NCBI GenBank assembly: GCA_904063045.1
Contig: CAJFCJ010000017.1
Coordinates: forward strand, 806,001 to 870,000
Direction of reading: 5' to 3'
From: Dimorphilus gyrociliatus
Lineage: Eukaryota; Animalia; Annelida
Length of the DNA: 64,000 nt
Each line of letters begins with the position of its first letter. Position 1 is the first letter of the stretch. Made by a program: the position numbers and the translations under genes. A model generated the notes under the pieces. The model searched no databases, was not told where the DNA came from, and saw only the letters and a program-made list of their open reading frames with translations. Positions 25,601 to 39,906 of the stretch are shown piece after piece.

Positions 25601-26560
25601 TGATAACATCTCCAAATTCAAATTCATCACTAGTTTCATCATCATCATCATCTTCTCCTCCTTCTCCATTATCGTTGCTGTCGTCTTCAGTATCGTCATC
25701 ATCAATCTCAACCTCTTTATTGTTACCACCACGACTATCATCACCATCACCCTTCTTTCTTCCTCTAATTTTATATTCTTTGCCAAGAATGTCAGCAATA
25801 TCAAACTTTAGTGGAGAGATGGTTTTCTTTTTAAATTCCATCCCATTTTCAAATCCAGGTGGTATAGTTTGCAAGTTTTCCTCAAAATTTACAGTATCAG
25901 TTGGTATGTATTTACTTTTATGCTCAGGTTCATCCAAACTTCCTACAATACGCTTGTTTATATTTTATACGAAGAAAATTATTATCACACATTTTAAGCA
26001 TAAAAATTACAAACCAGGCCAAAAAGGAAAATTTACAGAACTTCCTTTAATTCCAACAGAAGGATCACCAGGCTTTCTTGAAAGTGATAATGAATTTAGA
26101 GCGGTATGACCAGTGCTTTCTAAGAATTCTTCGCTTAATGCAATTGGTTTTCCGGTAGCTATATCCCTTTCAACAACAAAGTCTGTTTGAACTGGCATTT
26201 CTTCCATATAGTATAGACGCTCTTCCTGTGGTATTCTATGCTGAAATCTGCAACATTTTTGATAAAAAATGGTTAAAAGTTTTATTAAAGTGTACTTTTG
26301 AACATTGTCTAAATTTAATATATCTCCATCGTCTGATAATGTAAGGAATTCTTCCAGTTGTTCTCTTGGAGTCGGTAATATTGGGGGTATTCCGACTGGT
26401 AGCTAACAAAACAATTTCGTAAGAATTGATATGCATGTACAAACCACTCACTAACTGTATGTAGTGGGAAATGTGTGTCACATCTTTGAACTTGTACAAC
26501 TTCAACATCATTGGAACTTCCTTTTACAAGTAATTCAACGTTACCGGTAAGTTTATCCAT
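22695..26560 (-). CDS. SKIV2L: Superkiller complex helicase SKI2
   Basis: [49 protein letters not shown]-terminal [12 protein letters not shown]; N-terminal SLSLSRKPG...FPFWPG motif. Likely start [11 protein letters not shown] at 26560. Confidence 0.95.
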
Positions 26561-28378
26561 AATTCCAGAATTTGTTTTGCCACGACCAAACGGGCAAAAA
26601 GCGGATACGGAATTAAAGACCTCGATGAAAAGCAAAATTAGCAGAACGATACGACCGCTAGGTGGATTTCGCTAAATCAAGTTCATGTTATATGTGGCGG
26701 GAAAAAGAGTTACATATTAAGTGTTGTTCTTCTATAGTTTCTGTATTTAGCACAAAATTTTATAGAATGGCCAACGATTAGTAAAAACAATAAAAAACCT
26801 TCTAACCTAATACAGCTTTATTTCACTGCTTACCTTAAAGATAACATTATTTACTACAAACAACAATTAACACAAAGGAAATGATAAATATTCTATTAGA
26901 ATGAAGACCTTCGGGCAAAGTGCAATCATGCTCAATTAGCCTGAATTAACCCTTCCATTCTGTTTAATTAAACGATAGTGCTCTAGTTCAAAATCCGGAT
27001 GTTTTCCTAAAATCTCAAGCCATTCATGTTTAAATTTATTGCTGGGAACGACATGTCTCGTTATACTTAACTTATCTTAAAACTTCACGCGATTGCTCCA
27101 GATTACGGAAGGAATTAGAACAAAAACTGCATTCTTTTTAAAAATTAATATAATTACATATTTGATGTTGTTTCTTCTAATAATTGCTAAAAAATGCTTA
27201 ATTTCACTTGTTCCTCCCGATTTATAAAGCTATTATAATGAAAACTATATAGTTTAACTGTTCAATGTAGTAAATTCTATATATAGAACAATGTACAAAC
27301 AAATAAAATGTAAAAATACTGTTTGTCATAGAAAATTGTGAATTAATCTGATTTAGATTGTTTGGTTGTAGTTATCTATGAAAAGAAAAGTTATTTTGGT
27401 CTATTTTTAGCACCTACAGTATTTATATTTGGTTTTTCTTATATTAAATGCATGTTATGGAGATTGAACTGTTTGATTGTGTGATATATTAAAGCAACAC
27501 AATTAGATAGAAATCTCAGTTAGGTAACAGCTATAAAGTATATTACCTATTTGATTGCCTTAATTGATCGTATGGGGCAAACTGAATCTACTGTTTTCGT
27601 TCTACTTGAAATATTTAAGTTCAAAATGAAAAAAATTCTTTCGGGTTTCAAAGGTTCAAGTTCATTTAAAACCATTGCTTAATTGTCAAAGTGCTACTCT
27701 TGAAATGCTCTTGAAAAAAAGGAACTATGTTCCTCACCTGATGCATTTTAAACAGACTGTTTGACTTTCAAGGCGATTAATAATAAATAAAGATAAATCG
27801 ATAAACAAAAATAACATCAGATATACAATTTAGAAACAAATTAAAAATGAACGATAAGGATAATTTTATTATTGCAACTATTGTAAAACTATTTGTAAGA
27901 TGTTATAGGAGTTCATTATAAAAAGTATCTTATCCCGTACAAGTGATATACTAGTTTCCTTATAGATTAATTCAAATATATTGGTATAACTAATATAGAA
28001 TTCGTATCTTTTGAATATTCATGACAATATAATGTTTAATTCAGTATAATGTTTATAGAGAAAATTGAACAGTGAAACGATGAAATACTTTATATGAATA
28101 CTCAAATAAGTTAAAGGGAAAAATTAAGTAGGGAAGACAAAACATTGGCACTTCTCACATAAAATTGCTGAAGTTCTACGTGAACGCGTCCTTTGTAGAA
28201 ATATATAGAAGCTCAGAGAGAGAATCTTGTTAATATAAATTCCTTTTGCTAAGAGTTGATATAGTTCGTAAGGATAGACATGACTAGAGCCCTCATACGG
28301 CAAGATGAAATATTATACAGAAATGTTAAATCCAAAAACAAAATTTATCAATAATTTCAATATTTATAATCAGACACA

Positions 28379-29615
28379 TTACTCCATGTTGCATTGTTTA
28401 ACGAATTCACTTAAAATAGTTCTGTTGGAAAAAAAGTAGTAATAGTTAGCAAAAAATAATAAAAATAATCCAATTTTTCAACAAACCTATACTCTTTCGG
28501 ATGTTCTTTTAAGTGACCGGTGTGCATACCCTTTTCCCATTTATGATTTATAACTGGTACTCCTTTACGCTCTAAACCCTCTGCGACACGATCGACCGCA
28601 TTCAAGTCAATTTTATCATCATCTAATGCGTTTACAAACAAGCATGGAGCATATGAAGGCTCATCAGCAAAGGAATCAAGACATTCTTGCAACAAGTCAC
28701 AAGTATGAACACTCATTGAAGTGTACCACTGCTTAAGTAGATGAAATGTTACGTTTCGTAATATCGGTCTCTTATCCAAAGCAATTCTGGCTACTGTATT
28801 AGCAGTAGCATCACCACCAGCATAAATTCCGCTGTCAAAAATGTGTCCTGCCATTTTTGGGGCCATGTGACCGAACTTTTCCATATTTCTTCTCATTGCT
28901 CTCCACATACCAAAGTACAAATATATACCTCCACTAATAGCATGAACAAAAATTTGTTTGCGATCCTTAATTTCAGGATGACTAATCATCATATCCATAG
29001 CTTTGTGAGAATGTGCATCACCCAATGGAACCCAAATAACCATACCCGGATGACATTGAACAATAAGAACATCCCACCCACGGTCATGATATAATTCTCT
29101 GTATTTTCTGACAGCCTTGTTGCCGGCAAATACCCACGGCATTAACAAAACCAATTTATTATCATTTCTATTGTTTTGTAATTTATATAGAACGTAACGA
29201 TCCCCCAATCTTATTCTATCAATTCCCTCCTCCACTGAAACGTGGGATTTCGTCTGAGTGATAATTTCGGGTTTCGGAACGGCAATGGAACTTTCCTGTC
29301 TGTTGCTTTGGTAGGAACGAAGACCAAGGCCACTGGGCTATAGAGATAAGAAAGAACATATGTACCAAGTTATAAAACAACCGATAGAATCAATAGTATA
29401 ATTATTTAGACGTATACTGATAAGATGGTGCTACGCTGTGTCGGTACTCCTCGCTAAAAATAGAACAAGTGGAACTTGATACTCAAGATTTTCAAACTGT
29501 TTGAACTTTGAATAAACGTACGGCCTCTGAAAGATTTTCTTATCCTATTGTATACATATTTTTTAAATTTATATACAGGCCAATATCGTTTGTTATAGTC
29601 AAAGAGAGACGCCAT
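28379..29615 (-). CDS. TMEM53-like (DUF829) alpha/beta-hydrolase-fold protein; 5' exons uncertain
   Basis: LVLLMPW...VRKYRELYHDRGWDV, FVHAISGG, IFDSG, DDDKI, HTGHLKEHPKEY. Intron 28496..28422 leads to last exon RTILSEFVKQCNME-stop at 28379. Upstream exons (about 29339 and 29453, ATG 29615) are inferred from phase matching. Confidence 0.7.
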
Positions 29616-30416
29616 TAAATTATTTAGTTCAGGTAAGTAAATATTCACTAGACTGTTTAGTTGTTAACTTATTTTAGTTAATTACTAAAAGTGAATAACT
29701 TATTTATCCAATACGTCAATTTAATTTTTATATATATAAAGAGTAATTTTTATACTTTATTAATCTCTTCAATAATTTATAATAAGATATAATTATAACC
29801 AATACTCTGACATACTTTCAGTTTATATTCAATACTTTATGAGTCATTCGTATAGGCGTACATCATTCTCTGATGCACTGTAGAATGTTGCTCTTTACAT
29901 AAAGCGATAATAGAAACAGATAAAGATGAGCTATTACAGATGCTTTGCCACTATCTAAGCGTTATTAAAAGTATATTTTGTCTTTGTTTAAATTAAAATT
30001 TCTTTAACAAAGGAAAATTTTTGGCTCTTAAACATGAATGATAAAACCTCAGAAGATGTTCTAATTTTCAAATTTAAATTTTTCATAAATGAATTACACA
30101 CTCACCAAATAAAAATTAGTCTTTAGTAACTGTGGTTGAATTTTTCTTGCAATACTGAATGTTCTTCTTAATGAGATTGTTAGAAGCATGATGGATGTTT
30201 AGTCTTTGTCAATTTAGATAGTTCTTCTGACTTTTCTCTCCAGAAAATGAAATTTTTTTACTGATGGTGCTTGAACGGCCTTATTTCTATCAGCCTACTT
30301 CCTTAAGTTAAACCGATATCGGCTAATTCATAATATATCTCGATTATCTTATTTTTCCTTGTAAAAACCGGCAATTGGTTCGACGATTAGGACACGTGAC
30401 ATCAGCTGATCGATAG

Positions 30417-30428
30417 TAGCGCCCTCTG
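30417..30428 (-). promoter_or_regulatory. CTCF-like motif (CAGAGGGCGCTA) next to an E-box (CACGTG) in the TMEM53-like/DDX28 divergent interval
   Basis: GC-rich match to the CTCF core in otherwise AT-rich DNA. Confidence 0.45.
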
Positions 30429-30670
30429 TTACAAACTGGACATTGTATGGAAATCAGAATTTAGTTCATTGAACTATGTTTGTAATTTCTTTTGTTCTGA
30501 TTTAAGATTTAGTTTAGTAGTAAAATAACTCTATTGTAACTTTATTTTTATCGAAAAGATAAAAAATTTCAAATATTTTCTTCGCAAGATAATACTTTTT
30601 AGATATTCTTGATATTTATTTTCTTTTTTTGACTTTTCGTAAATTTCCCCAATTATCACTCAAGAACACG

Positions 30671-32834
30671 ATGTTTCGCATCTTCACTCATCGAACCTTG
30701 GTATTTATATGATCGCTAAAGTTAAAAATATTATGACATTTACCAATCAATAGGTTACCAATACCACATTACCTAGAATTACAGTTCCTGTGAAAATGCA
30801 GTATAAACTGCAGAAATCACAACAAAAACAAGATGTAAAACGATATAGAGAACATGTAAGATTTGTATTTTTAAATGAATGATAAAATACATATATTTAC
30901 GATTGCTTTTTTTTCCCTTTCTAGGAAACAAATCATCCAAAGGGTCAACCTATTATAACTTGTAAACGGAAACAATTCAACCATTACTATGGGACAAGAT
31001 ACCGACCTCTGAGCATTAAATGTCTAGCGTCTGCAGGTTGGAAACATAAGAAATCGTCCAGTGATCATTTTACTTTAAATCCTTTTAGTTCTGTACGTTT
31101 ACTAAAATATCATAAGAAGGGGCAATATACATCAATTGACTTTCGTATACTTAGAATCCTTCATTTAACAATGATAGAACATTTACCGATTTGGAAATAT
31201 TACCTGATTTAGTGGAAACGTTAAAAGATATGAATATAAAGGATCCAACAGCTGTACAAGCTAAGATTATACCCTATTTTCTGAACGGGAAAAACGTGTT
31301 GTGTTCAGCAGAGACAGGTTATTTGAACTTTATCTAATATTTACAGATATACATAACTGACTCTTGTCTACCACATTTTACAGGAAGTGGGAAAACTTTA
31401 GCCTATCTAATTCCAATAGTTCAAAACTTATTATACTCTCAATACCAAAAAAGTGGAGAGACAATACCTAATCAACCTTCAGCAGTTATCTTGGTTCCCA
31501 ATAGAGAATTAGCTGAACAAGTTTATGTACAGATTTATACTTTATTAACTAAATAACTTTTTTAAAGATTAAATATTTTTTGTAGAACGTTGCTTGTGAT
31601 CTGTGCAAACATTCTGATATAAGGCCTCATTACTTTGTTGGCGGTCGGAGTACAAAGGTTGTTCATTTTTAATAGGATAAATGAATAAATTTCATGCAAA
31701 GTTTATTTACACACAAATACAGAGATTTATAAACAATCCAGAATTAAAGAAAATGGACATATTAATTTCAACACCTGGATCGCTAAGTAAATTATTGACT
31801 AACAAAATATATAATACAGATATGGTAAAGTATGTAATAATCGATGAATGCGATACCATGATGGATGACAGCTTCATGCATTTAACATCCCGAGTATTAA
31901 GGAAGTTAAATGTAGAATCATCTCTTCATGATGGATTAGAATTAGGTACTCAAATAGGATTGTTTAGTGCAACAATACCTAAAGATGTAATTTCTACTCT
32001 ACGTGGGCTAGTTGATGTAAAGTATTTTAAAATTTTTTACTTGTTGAATTATATTCCATCACTTTAATAGTTAGAATCCCTTGAACGAATACAAACTCCT
32101 GCAGTTCATAAGTTGATGCCACATATATCACAGAAATTTGAGAGAGTAAAGTCATCAGAAAAAGATGGTGAAACAAAATTATATAGTAACTTTAAACAAG
32201 ATTTTACATACAACTTCAACAGGTCTCTTATTGAAAAGATTACATCATAACGTTTTAAAAAGTACAGCCACTATGGTATTTTGTAATACATCATCTACTT
32301 CTAGTTATTTGAGCTATCTATTGGCCGAAAACAACATTGCACACGAAATGGTCAACGGTAAAATGCCTCAACGTGTTCGAGAGGGACGTTATAATAGATT
32401 TCAAATGGGAGAAGTTGAGGTTTTAATAGGAACGGATATACTTTCTCGCGGATTGGATACTTGCAGAGTAAATTCATATAGAAATTTTACTTATTCTTTC
32501 ATTTATATTACTTTTTCATAATGATAATAATCAGACGCAACACGTAATTAACTACAACTTTCCAAGTTTTCTGTCTGACTACATTCATCGAGCTGGAAGA
32601 GTAGGACGAATTCAGAGCCAGGGAACAGGATTTGTTCTTAACTACATATCGAATATTTGGGAAGTAGATTTGGTGTGGAAGATTGAAGTATGAAAATATC
32701 AGCCTGTATAGTTCAAATTAATTTATATTTTTTTACAGTTGGCAGCCCGAAAGGTTGGAATATTGGACAATGTCGATGCAAATATTAGAAAGCAGCTAAA
32801 CAAAATTAATACTAAAGAATCCTCATTCATATGA
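30671..32834 (+). CDS. DDX28: Mitochondrial DEAD-box RNA helicase DDX28
   Basis: N-terminal LASAGWKHKKSSSDHFTLNP; SAETGSGKT, LVPNRELA, DECD, SAT, TDILSRGLD, HRAGRVGR; many short introns. Confidence 0.88.
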
Positions 32835-33054
32835 CCTTTGTAAATATTATAAAAACTTTGTTTATTATTAAAAATTTTAAAAAAGTAAAAAATATAATAA
32901 AACAATTTTACAAATCAAAATATTTAAACGGGGAGAATATGTTTAAAGTTTTCTCACTTGTTCACTTTCAGAGCACAAACAACGAAGAAGCAAAAAAAAA
33001 TAACTATCGACATCATTGATTTCTTTCATACAATTAGAAAAAAATTTCTTCCAA

Positions 33055-34000
<946 letters not shown>

Positions 34001-34069
34001 TTTTTTTTAATGTCAATAATCCTACAAGTGGGAACTTCGAGTTTGTTTGGCGTTTAACACTGTACCATA

Positions 34070-34077
34070 CCGGAAGT
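34070..34077 (+). promoter_or_regulatory. ETS/GABP-type motif CCGGAAGT upstream of NUDT21
   Basis: Exact consensus 70 bp upstream of the minus-strand ATG at 34000. Confidence 0.5.
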
Positions 34078-34377
34078 TAAGAATTAAGCTCTTTTTTTTG
34101 AATGTGTAATATTTTTTAATTATCAATTTGGTAAATAATTTATTGTTTATTTATTATTATTGTAAATTTACTATACATTAGGAAAAAACTCGTATACAAC
34201 TTTTACGACTTTTTAAGTATTAAAGGATTTTTGAAACTGTTTATTGTATATAAGACTTTGGAATCGTTTTCTTTAAGGAAACAGCTTAGTGGGTTAGCTG
34301 TGTGAATCAAAAGTACTAAGTGAAGCTCTTATAAAATCAAAGTTTAAGTGAATCAAGTGCAGAAATATGACATCTAT

Positions 34378-34998
34378 CTAAAAGAATGTCTTAGAATGTG
34401 ACATGACTCTACAAATCATTGACAGGCATGAACATAATCCAACAATGTAAGAAATACCTCTGGCTGGTTGGCGAATTGGTACCTGAAATAAGACCCTTTT
34501 TACATCTATTTATATATAACAATTAAATAACAAAGAAAATCTCTAACCTGCATTGATATCATGTGTCCAATTCTTGCTAAAGTAAAAATTCTAAAATGTA
34601 AGCTTGCTGCTTGTTGACTCGGATCGGTCATTACGTAGAGTATACCAATCAGAAAAAAGGCATACATATTTTCCATGTCATTTCTATGGTTGCTGAATAA
34701 CATTACGTATTTGAATACTCTCGATTAAAATAGCTTAGAAGGAAATTACTTTGTCACTCTCTCCAATCCTTTAATGTCGTAGTTTGTTTTAGATGTAGTT
34801 GCATCTGGTTTAGGGTTCTATCAAAGAAAATGTAAATCTAAAAAATTCACAATCTATTTATTATTAAAGTGAAACCTTTGTAAAATAGCGTCTATATAAT
34901 GCCAAAAGAATCAGGGAAAACATTTTTGCTATATTGAAAGCTCCGTGCATTGCAAATTGAGCAAATATAGGATTTTCAAAAGTTAATAGATTAGACAT
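34378..34998 (-). CDS. MAPEG family membrane protein (MGST1/PTGES-like)
   Basis: Four exons: MSNLLTFENPIFAQFAMHG..., ...LERVT, NHRNDMENMYAFFLIGILY...HFRIFTLARIGH, VPIRQPARGISY. Confidence 0.85.
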
Positions 34999-35854
34999 AT
35001 TTCCGCTCTTTCGGTTGAAACTTTTTAAAAACTATGCCTTTTCCAAAGAATTTTTGTTTAGGTACAGCTTCTAGAAGAAAAACGTGACTCATTAAAAATT
35101 ACAATCATTTGTTTCTTATCTCGTTTGAATCAAAGAATTTTTATTTGTGCTTCCTGTGAATTACATTTAAAGTTGATCAGACTGCTGACTAACCGTAGCA
35201 ATACACTGTCAAATGTATTATAACCTGATATGATTTTTAAAAATTATACATATAAGCTAATTATCGCAATGTTAAAATGCCAATTTTGTAGATATCGCAT
35301 GGGATAGAAACAGATAGAAACGCTTCCGGTCCATTAAATTTCCGGTACTCGATTTATTTTACAAAGTAAGTGATTTATGAATACACTTGTTTTAATGTCA
35401 TCTCTACCGTTATTTATACAAGTTTGTTTATAACATTTCATATTCCATTACATATTTCGCCAAAAAAATCAACTGTAAGAGGCGCCACTGTGAAAATTAA
35501 TTCAGAATTAATGTAATCCATAGTACCTTATACAGTTTCTTTCTTCAGGTCAAGGTCATCGTCATTCTTATGTGGTGAACAAGTGTATTTAATCAACTTG
35601 GAACGATTTTATTTTCTCTTGAATTGAACTATAAAGTATTCTGATTTCCGAATAGCTTTTTAAAACAAGCTTTGACACTTTAATTCTATTGGAGTGACGG
35701 TATATTTATTAAATTTTTGTTTCCTTAATAATCGATGATTACTATATAAACCTATTTACGAATAGAATTGGTTGAAGACAATAGCGTGATATTTTGCAAT
35801 TCTTCTTGCAAGAAAATTACACAGATCATTTCACATTCTGAGTGATCTGCCACA

Positions 35855-38160
<2,306 letters not shown>

Positions 38161-38798
38161 AATATTATATTTTAGCTTTCATATTTTCTTGATTACAGTG
38201 ACTGTTGCCTATGTGTTCTCTTTGAAAATCGCTGCTAAATACTAATTAAAATGACCAGTGTATAGCTCCGCTATCTCAAAGTGGTATATTCTTTTTGGAA
38301 TGAAGTATGTTTATTTAATGTTTATGAAATATTATTTTGCGAAAACTCTGCTGTATTTCAACTCTAGTCTGATTAGCTACACAGAACTTAAACTTTGTGA
38401 CTTAAATTTTTGTTGCTATATGTTCAAAATTTCAGACTTTTTATGTTGATATATGATATGTAAGACACTCTTTATTAAATTGGTCACTAATTTTAATTAG
38501 ATGCAAAGAGGCATAAAGAGAGTTGTTAAATGTTCCCAAGTCTTCCGGCAATGACATATCTAATGTTTTTAAACCATATAGGTTTACTTTAAGCGTATTG
38601 ATATTTATGAATAAAATTATCCGAATAGCTAAAATTGTTCTCTGTAAAAGATAACTTCCAATAACAAAATCGACCCACTTAAAATGTTTTCACAGTCGAA
38701 CATTGACAGTATCAAACCCAGACCGGAAATTGAACGCATGATCATTCGATTTCTTACTTAACGCGCGCAACTTCCACACATAGAACGTTTTCGAAAAT

Positions 38799-39723
38799 AT
38801 GGTAAAAGCGAATAAATTTTTATAAATGGGTGAAATAAAAGACACAAACTTTTATAAGACGTTTTCATTAATAATTTAATTTAAAGAGTTTTTTTTATTT
38901 CTACCTCAATTCTGAAAAACATTTTAATTTTGAAATTGTATCTTTTTATCGCTCAAAGTCGAAAAGAAAAGGATTAAGCGCGGATGAAAAACAAAACAGA
39001 ATGCTAGAATTTTTCCACGAAACAGTAAGCTTTACAAGGCTTGTTAATAAAAATAAAATCTTACTTCTATAGAAAGGATTCTTTCAACTGAAAGAACTTG
39101 AGAGACAGTGTGCGAAGGAAAAAGGTATTCCTAGTATGACTGTAAAAGCCGTTCTCCAAAATTTATGTGATGATGCGAAAGTGGATACGGAAAAGATTGG
39201 TACTAGCGTGTATTTTTGGTCGTATCCAAGTAAAGAATTCATGCAACTAAAGAAAACAATTGATAAATTGGATGTCGAAATGAGCGAAAGGGCACAAAGA
39301 ATTTCTGAGAAAGATAAAGAATTAGCACAAATTTCAGTTGGAAAAGATGATACAGTTACGTAGAATCTTCGAAAAGTATCTTCTATATAGTTTCTTGTTA
39401 ATTTTCAGGAAGAACGAGCTGAACTTTTAAAACAGATTGCAGTTTTGGAAAAAAACTTAGAAGAAGCAAGAAATTCTCTCAAAACTTTATCGGCTTGTGA
39501 TCCAATGGTAATGTTATTCAATTGTAAAAACTTTTTATTATCAATAGTTTTCTTAAAGTTCTTTGAAGAACTCAAACTCTCTAAGGAAACCGGTAAAGTG
39601 GCAGTTAACCGATGGACCGATAATATTTTCGCTTTAAGAGCATATATAAATAGTCGATTTCATATTCCTGAAGAAACTATAAACGGACAATTCGGCATTT
39701 CTAACGATATAGACTACGTTTAA
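38799..39723 (+). CDS. MND1: Meiotic nuclear division protein 1
   Basis: M|SKRKGLSADEK...FQLKELE...VDTEKIGTSVYFWSYPS...NRWTDNIF...FGISNDIDYV. The first coding exon is the ATG alone. Confidence 0.95.
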
Positions 39724-39906
39724 TGAAATTGTTGAATTGAAAATAATACATAAATAGATGATAAGTTGTTTCTATAATAAACTTTTAAACAAAATACTGC
39801 GAGTTTAATATTCTAAAAAAATTAGAACTTAAAAAATATATATTGGTTATGAATTAAAATAAACCGGTATAGCCGGCGAAAAATATCATTAAACTTTCGT
39901 ATAAGA

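Noticed and set aside
27572-27682. 36-codon ORF starting MGQTES (myristoylation-like)
   Set aside because: Too short, no splice path to a longer frame and no promoter motif nearby.
29454-29648. LYR-motif-like peptide (FKKYVYNRIRKSFR)
   Set aside because: No LYR tripeptide or first helix and no downstream exon; more simply a 5' exon plus intron of the TMEM53-like gene.
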